Below, in pieces: positions 55,146-64,000 of a stretch of 64,000 nucleotides of DNA. The notes beneath the pieces were generated by a model that was given only the letters and a program-made list of their open reading frames with translations, ran no database searches and was not told the DNA's origin. A program made the position numbers and the translations under genes. This DNA comes from Octopus vulgaris (lineage: Eukaryota): contig OX597832.1 of the NCBI GenBank assembly GCA_951406725.2, forward strand, positions 57,660,001-57,724,000, in the 5' to 3' direction. The stretch's first letter is position 1. Every line of letters starts with the position of its first letter.

Positions 55146-56626
55146 TTTATGTGTGTGTGTGTGCTCATGTTGTTGTGGCCTTGGGCTAAACAATTTCGAC
55201 GCATGTGCTATAAATATTGACATAATCATCTTGATCCTCATTATTAGTGCCACCATTGTCATCATCATCATCCCTCCTCCTCCCCCTCCTCTGTATTGTT
55301 ATACAATAACTAACCAATCACCTTCCACTCTATTTACACCTCAGCCGTTCAACCATTGTTACACTTCATTAATAACCAATTAACAAAGTTTGCCTGGATC
55401 ACAGATGGAAAGAAAAAAAAAATTGTTCCAAAAAATAATTGTTTTTTTTTTTTGTTGCTGTGTGTTTGTTGTTTGTATTTTCTATACACACCCCCTCTAC
55501 ATATCCCCCCATACAACACGTAACTAACAACACAGCCATACCTACCTACATACATACATAAAATCATGTACAACCATACATACACATAGAAAAACATATA
55601 TACACATAGACATACAGGCAAACAAAATCATACATACATACACACATATAAACATACATACATTCTTGCACAACCATACATACATACATATTCATTCATA
55701 CACATAACCATACATAAGCTCATGTAAACAACCATACATACATTCACATGCAGACACCTATTCACGCACACAACTGTATGTACATTCACGCCCAGAACCA
55801 TACATATGTTCACACACACAATAACACAAACATTTACACACTCAACCATACATACATACACTCACACAGCCATATATATATACATACATTGATTAAATAT
55901 TATTTAGTTACACAGAAGTACCAACTACATGGTTCTGGGTTCAGCCCCACTGCGTGGCACCTTGGGCAAGTATCTTCTTCTATAGCCTCTGACCAACCAA
56001 AGCCTTCTGAGTTGATTTGGTAGATCAAAACTGATAGAAGCCCATTGTATATATATATATATATATTTGTATGTATGTATTTGTGTGTCTGTGTTTGTCC
56101 TCCCACCATTGTTTGACAACTGATGTTGGTATGTTTATGTCCATATAACTTAGTGGTTCACCAAGGAAGACCAATAAAAAAAGTACTAGGCTTACAAAGA
56201 ATAAGGTGGTAGTGGTGGTGGTGATGATGATGCTTCTGGTGGTGGTGGTGGTGTTGATGATGATGACGATCGACTAAATTTGTTCAGCTAAAGGTCGTGC
56301 TCCAGCATAGCCACAGTCAAATGACTGAAACAAGTAAAACATAATAGAATATCTATACAACTTTTATAAAAGGAAGCAAAACATGTACGTATGTGTGTGT
56401 GTGTGTGTGTGTGTATGTGTGTGTGTGTGTGTATGTATGTAGATATATATGTATGAATGTATGTAGGTGCAGGCATGGCTGTGTAGTAAGAAGCTTGCTT
56501 CCCAACCATATGGTTCTCGGTTCAGTCCCACTGTGTGGCATTTTGGGCAAGTGTCTTCTACAATAGCCTTGAGCCAACCAAAACCTTGTGATTGTATTTG
56601 GTAACTGGAAACTGTAAGAAGCTTAT

Positions 56627-56657
<31 letters not shown>

Positions 56658-56806
56658 CTATATACTTTCTCCCTTCCCAACCGTTAAACTAATACATCTG
56701 TTTGTTGTTTACACACAATTCTTCATCGTTTGTTTTTTTATGAATTCTCAGTCGAGTGTAATAGCATTAATGTGGTAACATCGTAGATTTTGTCTTGGTA
56801 TATGCT

Positions 56807-56876
56807 TGGCTGATGAAAATAGAACAAGATATGGGTGGTAGACATATCTTGTAAAATCTGAAACCTGCAGGTCCCA
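56807..56876 (+). ncRNA. Type-I hammerhead ribozyme with palindromic stem III
   Basis: ugg CUGAUGA aaauaga ACAAGAUAUG ggugguaga CAUAUCUUGU aaaaucu GAAA CCUGCAG GUC cca; complete conserved core, predicted cleavage after 56873. Confidence 0.75.
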
Positions 56877-57064
56877 CATTATCCTTTTCCAGGTATTTCA
56901 TCTTTCAGATGTTCTCCCTGGAGGTAAGACGATTTTCTCTAGTTTGTTGCACACATGCATTTTTGCTAATACATACGCGGTGAAGCTATACATTAGCATC
57001 GTATTTTTACGTTCGCTATTTCCAGTAAATATCGGTACTTAGTTGTGCCATTTATTTACTACTT

Positions 57065-57111
<47 letters not shown>

Positions 57112-57733
57112 ATAATCCGTGGCCCCTACCTGGGACGTAGTCAGTCCACCTGTGCATACCTTCCTTCTTGTGACACTTGTGAAGACCTGTTGAGGCAAGT
57201 GAGAATCGAATCGTATCGAATCAAATCGAACCAAATCAAAATAGATTTGTATCCTTGTGGTACCAGTGCCGGTGGCACATAAGAAAACCATCCGAACGTG
57301 ACCGTAGCCAGTACCGCAATGACTGGCCTCCGTGCTGAGGGCACGTAACAAACACCATCCGAGCGTGGCCGTCCGCCAGCCTCGTCTGGCAGCCTGTGTC
57401 GGTGACACATAAGAAAACACCATCCGAGCGTGGCCGTCTGCCAGCCTCGTCTGGCACCTGTGTCGGTGGCACATAAAAATCACCCACTACACTCTCGGAA
57501 TGGTTGGCGTTAGGAAGGGCATCCAGCTGTAGAAACACTGCCACATCTGACTGGCCTGGTGCAGCCTTCGGGCTTCCCAGACCCCAGTTGAACCGTCCAA
57601 CCCATGCTAGCATGGAAAGCGGACGTTAAACGATGATGATGATGATATATATATATTGTAATATTCCCAAACTATAACAACAATGTCTGTTCCAACACAC
57701 AGTTTAACATCAGGAATCAAATTCATAAACATA

Positions 57734-57768
<35 letters not shown>

Positions 57769-58837
57769 TTACAGTTGGGCCCACAGTGTTGGGCCTCGCA
57801 GGGCAATGCCCAAGACCTTTGGCATTATGTCATGCTTGAGAAGAAAACCTGTCAAGCCGAGCAAAATTACACTCATGGCAGATACCGGTGTTGTGCAAAT
57901 TGGCACCTGTGCCAGTGGCATGTAAAAGCACCCCAGTGTCAGGCAAATTGGCACCTGTGCCGGTGGCATGTAAAAGCACTCATTGCACCCTTGGAATGAT
58001 TGGCATTAGGAAGGGCATCCAGCCATAGAATACCATGCCAAATCAAAGTGGAGTCTAGTGCAGCCTTCCAGCCTTGCCAGCCTGGTCAAACCAGTCAACC
58101 CATACCAGCATGGACAACATATGTTAAATGATGATATGTGTGTGTGTGTGTGTGTGTATCCTTGTGTCTGTGTTTCTCCCCTGCTACTGCTTGACAACCA
58201 ATGTTGGTGTATTTACGTTCCTGTAACTTAGCAGTTTGGCAAAAGTGACTGATAGAATAAGCATCAAGTTGTTTAAAAAAATAATGAAAACTGAAGTTCA
58301 ATCATTCAACTAAAAGTTCTTCAAGGTCGTGCCCCAGCATGGCCGTGGTCTAATGCTTGAAACAAGTAAAAGGTAAAAATTGTATGCATGTGCTGAGATT
58401 TAGAAATACTTGGGTTGGTGCCTGAGGGTGCAATAGGCCTACTGGGATTGAGGGACCTTTGTCAAGGCATCCCTCTAGAAAAAGACTAACTCATTGATAT
58501 AAAACCTGCTGCTCTACTGAACCAGATATCTTGCACTTTGCTTGTCTCTGAGCTTTCGGTATTGCTTCAGGGAGTATTTGTGGTGCTGTGCAAGCTGCGC
58601 TTAACTTAATGCTCTTGCACGGACCTTGCTGACTCTTTAACAACTGTCAGGGATGGTCATGTATGTATGTATGTGTGTGTATGTGTGTCTGTATGAGTGT
58701 GTCTGTGTGTGCATGATCCTAAAAGGGGTGGAAAAACTAATATTATATCATTTATCAAGCTATATACTGAAATAATAGTCAAAGAAGAATTTCATTCCAT
58801 TTCACACATGTCAAATACTATTTATAGGTTAATGTTG

Positions 58838-58877
<40 letters not shown>

Positions 58878-58895
58878 TTACATATACATATATAA

Positions 58896-58966
<71 letters not shown>

Positions 58967-59248
58967 TGTATGTATGTATGTATATGTACATGTATGTATG
59001 TATGTATATGTATGTATGTATGTATATATATATATGTATGTATATGTATATGCATGTATATATATATGTATATGCATGTATATATATATATGTATGTATG
59101 TATGTATATGTATGTATGTATGTAATGGTATGTATGTATGTATATGTATATGTATGTATATATATATATATGTATGTATGTATATGTGTATATATGTATG
59201 TATATATGTATGTATGTATATATATATGTATGTATGTATATATGTATG

Positions 59249-59288
<40 letters not shown>

Positions 59289-59315
59289 TATATGTATGTA
59301 TATATATATATATAT
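58838..59315. repeat. (TA)n/(TATG)n microsatellite abutting the tandem array
   Basis: Directly visible. Confidence 0.92.
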
Positions 59316-62300
59316 GTAGATATAGAATAAATGTATTTATAATTTATAATTTATAGCTCCTTATCGTCCACGCTTCTCCCATAGATTAGGCAAAATTTAG
59401 GTATTTATTTATAGCTACTAATAACTATTTCTCTCTCCCAAGGAAGGAAGAATGGCTGCCGGCCGATTCTTGGTGGGCCACGACCCCCCCCTGTTCCTCT
59501 TCATTTGTCTTATATCTCTTTCGATCGCCATTCGGCCCCTTTCTCCGCCACCCTATATGCATATAAACCAGCGACTGATTTCAACGGCCTCACTTGAATT
59601 CAGACTGGTATCCGACTCCCTACGAAAATACGAAATACGAAATATGAATCCAAGCTAAGCAATCTATATTTAATTTCAACCCGTGTACCTACTTAACTAT
59701 CTGCAACTGATCTGATCTTTTAGTTAGCCCTGTTTTATCTCTATTAGTATTATTGTTATGACTTGTGAAATTTAGCCTCACGCCTTGTGTCTTTTTTATA
59801 TGTACATATAATTCTATAGTTCATCTTAATTATATATCGTTGTCTCATGTCTTGTGTTAAATATATATTTAATCTTAAAGCTTGCCCCTAATTTTATTTA
59901 TTTTTTTTTCGATCAGTCTCACGCCTCGTAGATATAGAATAAATGTATTTATAATTTATAATTTATAGCTCCTTATCGTCCACGCTTCTCCCATAGATTA
60001 GGCAAAATTTAGGTATTTATTTATAGCTACTAATAACTATTTCTCTCTCCCAAGGAAGGAAGAATGGCTGCCGGCCGATTCTTGGTGGGCCACGACCCCC
60101 CCCCCGTTCCTCTTCATTTGTCTTATATCTCTTTCGATCGCCATTCGGCCCCTTTCTCCGCCACCCTATATGCATATAAACCAGCGACTGATTTCAACGG
60201 CCTCACTTGAATTCAGACTGGTATCCGACTCCCTACGAAAATACGAAATACGAAATATGAATCCAAGCTAAGCAATCTATATTTAATTTCAACCCGTGTA
60301 CCTACTTAACTATCTGCAACTGATCTGATCTTTTAGTTAGCCCTGTTTTATCTCTATTAGTATTATTGTTATGACTTGTGAAATTTAGCCTCACGCCTTG
60401 TGTCTTTTTTATATGTACATATAATTCTATAGTTCATCTTAATTATATATCGTTGTCTCATGTCTTGTGTTAAATATATATTTAATCTTAAAGCTTGCCC
60501 CTAATTTTATTTATTTTTTTTTTCGATCAGTCTCACGCCTCGTAGATATAGAATAAATGTATTTATAATTTATAATTTATAGCTCCTTATCGTCCACGCT
60601 TCTCCCATAGATTAGGCAAAATTTAGGTATTTATTTATAGCTACTAATAACTATTTCTCTCTCCCAAGGAAGGAAGAATGGCTGCCGGCCGATTCTTGGT
60701 GGGCCACGACCCCCCCGTTCCTCTTCATTTGTCTTATATCTCTTTCGATCGCCATTCGGCCCCTTTCTCCGCCACCCTATATGCATATAAACCAGCGACT
60801 GATTTCAACGGCCTCACTTGAATTCAGACTGGTATCCGACTCCCTACGAAAATACGAAATACGAAATATGAATCCAAGCTAAGCAATCTATATTTAATTT
60901 CAACCCGTGTACCTACTTAACTATCTGCAACTGATCTGATCTTTTAGTTAGCCCTGTTTTATCTCTATTAGTATTATTGTTATGACTTGTGAAATTTAGC
61001 CTCACGCCTTGTGTCTTTTTTTATATGTACATATAATTCTATAGTTCATCTTAATTATATATCGTTGTCTCATGTCTTGTGTTAAATATATATTTAATCT
61101 TAAAGCTTGCCCTAATTTTATTTATTTTTTTTTTCGATCAGTCTCACGCCTCGTAGATATAGAATAAATGTATTTATAATTTATAATTTATAGCTCCTTA
61201 TCGTCCACGCTTCTCCCATAGATTAGGCAAAATTTAGGTATTTATTTATAGCTACTAATAACTATTTCTCTCTCCCAAGGAAGGAAGAATGGCTGCCGGC
61301 CGATTCTTGGTGGGCCACGACCCCCCCCGTTCCTCTTCATTTGTCTTATATCTCTTTCGATCGCCATTCGGCCCCTTTCTCCGCCACCCTATATGCATAT
61401 AAACCAGCGACTGATTTCAACGGCCTCACTTGAATTCAGACTGGTATCCGACTCCCTACGAAAATACGAAATACGAAATATGAATCCAAGCTAAGCAATC
61501 TATATTTAATTTCAACCCGTGTACCTACTTAACTATCTGCAACTGATCTGATCTTTTAGTTAGCCCTGTTTTATCTCTATTAGTATTATTGTTATGACTT
61601 GTGAAATTTAGCCTCACGCCTTGTGTCTTTTTTATATGTACATATAATTCTATAGTTCATCTTAATTATATATCGTTGTCTCATGTCTTGTGTTAAATAT
61701 ATATTTAATCTTAAAGCTTGCCCCTAATTTTATTTATTTTTTTTTCGATCAGTCTCACGCCTCGTAGATATAGAATAAATGTATTTATAATTTATAATTT
61801 ATAGCTCCTTATCGTCCACGCTTCTCCCATAGATTAGGCAAAATTTAGGTATTTATTTATAGCTACTAATAACTATTTCTCTCTCCCAAGGAAGGAAGAA
61901 TGGCTGCCGGCCGATTCTTGGTGGGCCACGACCCCCCCCGTTCCTCTTCATTTGTCTTATATCTCTTTCGATCGCCATTCGGCCCCTTTCTCCGCCACCC
62001 TATATGCATATAAACCAGCGACTGATTTCAACGGCCTCACTTGAATTCAGACTGGTATCCGACTCCCTACGAAAATACGAAATACGAAATATGAATCCAA
62101 GCTAAGCAATCTATATTTAATTTCAACCCGTGTACCTACTTAACTATCTGCAACTGATCTGATCTTTTAGTTAGCCCTGTTTTATCTCTATTAGTATTAT
62201 TGTTATGACTTGTGAAATTTAGCCTCACGCCTTGTGTCTTTTTTATATGTACATATAATTCTATAGTTCATCTTAATTATATATCGTTGTCTCATGTCTT

Positions 62301-64000
62301 GTGTTAAATATATATTTAATCTTAAAGCTTGCCCCTAATTTTATTTTATTTTTTTTTCGATCAGTCTCACGCCTCGTAGATATAGAATAAATGTATTTAT
62401 AATTTATAATTTATAGCTCCTTATCGTCCACGCTTCTCCCATAGATTAGGCAAAATTTAGGTATTTATTTATAGCTACTAATAACTATTTCTCTCTCCCA
62501 AGGAAGGAAGAATGGCTGCCGGCCGATTCTTGGTGGGCCACGACCCCCCCGTTCCTCTTCAATTGTCTTATATCTCTTTCGATCGCCATTCGGCCCCTTT
62601 CTCCGCCACCCTATATGCATATAAACCAGCGACTGATTTCAACGGCCTCACTTGAATTCAGACTGGTATCCGACTCCCTACGAAAATACGAAATACGAAA
62701 TATGAATCCAAGCTAAGCAATCTATATTTAATTTCAACCCGTGTACCTACTTAACTATCTGCAACTGATCTGATCTTTTAGTTAGCCCTGTTTTATCTCT
62801 ATTAGTATTATTGTTATGACTTGTGAAATTTAGCCTCACGCCTTGTGTCTTTTTTTATATGTACATATAATTCTATAGTTCATCTTAATTATATATCGTT
62901 GTCTCATGTCTTGTGTTAAATATATATTTAATCTTAAAGCTTGCCCCTAATTTTATTTTTTTTTTTCGATCAGTCTCACGCCTCGTAGATATAGAATAAA
63001 TGTATTTATAATTTATAATTTATAGCTCCTTATCGTCCACGCTTCTCCCATAGATTAGGCAAAATTTAGGTATTTATTTATAGCTACTAATAACTATTTC
63101 TCTCTCCCAAGGAAGGAAGAATGGCTGCCGGCCGATTCTTGGTGGGCCACGACCCCCCCGTTCCTCTTCAATTGTCTTATATCTCTTTCGATCGCCATTC
63201 GGCCCCTTTCTCCGCCACCCTATATGCATATAAACCAGCGACTGATTTCAACGGCCTCACTTGAATTCAGACTGGTATCCGACTCCCTACGAAAATACGA
63301 AATACGAAATATGAATCCAAGCTAAGCAATCTATATTTAATTTCAACCCGTGTACCTACTTAACTATCTGCAACTGATCTGATCTTTTAGTTAGCCCTGT
63401 TTTATCTCTATTAGTATTATTGTTATGACTTGTGAAATTTAGCCTCACGCCTTGTGTCTTTTTTATATGTACATATAATTCTATAGTTCATCTTAATTAT
63501 ATATCGTTGTCTCATGTCTTGTGTTAAATATATATTTAATCTTAAAGCTTGCCCCTAATTTTATTTATTTTTTTTCGATCAGTCTCACGCCTCGTAGATA
63601 TAGAATAAATGTATTTATAATTTATAATTTATAGCTCCTTATCGTCCACGCTTCTCCCATAGATTAGGCAAAATTTAGGTATTTATTTATAGCTACTAAT
63701 AACTATTTCTCTCTCCCAAGGAAGGAAGAATGGCTGCCGGCCGATTCTTGGTGGGCCACGACCCCCCCGTTCCTCTTCAATTGTCTTATATCTCTTTCGA
63801 TCGCCATTCGGCCCCTTTCTCCGCCACCCTATATGCATATAAACCAGCGACTGATTTCAACGGCCTCACTTGAATTCAGACTGGTATCCGACTCCCTACG
63901 AAAATACGAAATACGAAATATGAATCCAAGCTAAGCAATCTATATTTAATTTCAACCCGTGTACCTACTTAACTATCTGCAACTGATCTGATCTTTTAGT
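59316..64000 (+). repeat. Tandem array of ~611-bp units (7 full plus 1 partial, running off the window)
   Basis: gtagatatagaataaatg at 59316, 59928, 60542, 61153, 61764, 62376, 62985 and 63594; units differ almost only in homopolymer lengths. Confidence 0.98.
59562..59595 (+). promoter_or_regulatory. Candidate Pol II core promoter (TATAAA plus Inr TCACTT), repeated in every array unit
   Basis: TATAAA at 59562 and the Inr A at 59592, 30 nt apart, downstream of a CpG-rich segment. Confidence 0.45.

Noticed and set aside
59567-59609. Hammerhead-like layout on the minus strand of the array unit (accagu CUGAAUU...GAAA uca GUC gcuggu)
   Set aside because: Core lacks G8/A9 and the sequence is better explained as a simple hairpin; a retrozyme interpretation is unsupported without a cleavage assay.
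59316-64000. Array as 5S, snRNA, histone or SL-RNA gene repeat, or mitochondrial insertion
   Set aside because: No recognisable RNA gene or coding sequence in the unit; the 68-aa ORF is disrupted by homopolymer length changes between units.

Overview
AT-rich, microsatellite- and SINE-saturated eukaryotic DNA. The repeat landscape suggests an octopus or other coleoid cephalopod, which is my inference and not a database result. The only host-gene sequence I can support is two + strand exons of IFT80 (8061-8150 and 43611-43783), joined in frame across a 35.5-kb intron; the neighbouring exons were not found in the window. Nearly all ORFs in the supplied track are microsatellite or SINE translation artefacts. 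The introns hold four SINE families and fragments of R4/Dong, RTE, Tx1/L1 and Penelope retroelements. DNA elements include mariner, maT (DD37D), piggyBac, a Merlin-like MITE, Helitron and Helentron-type elements. The window ends in a near-identical ~611-bp tandem array. Most notable: several minimal type-I hammerhead ribozyme motifs (best at 56807-56876 and 9372-9410), a TATA+Inr cassette in every 611-bp unit, a twin-priming-type inverted RTE insertion, long fold-back hairpins, and a minisatellite built from a SINE promoter head. There is no CRISPR array or prokaryotic content.
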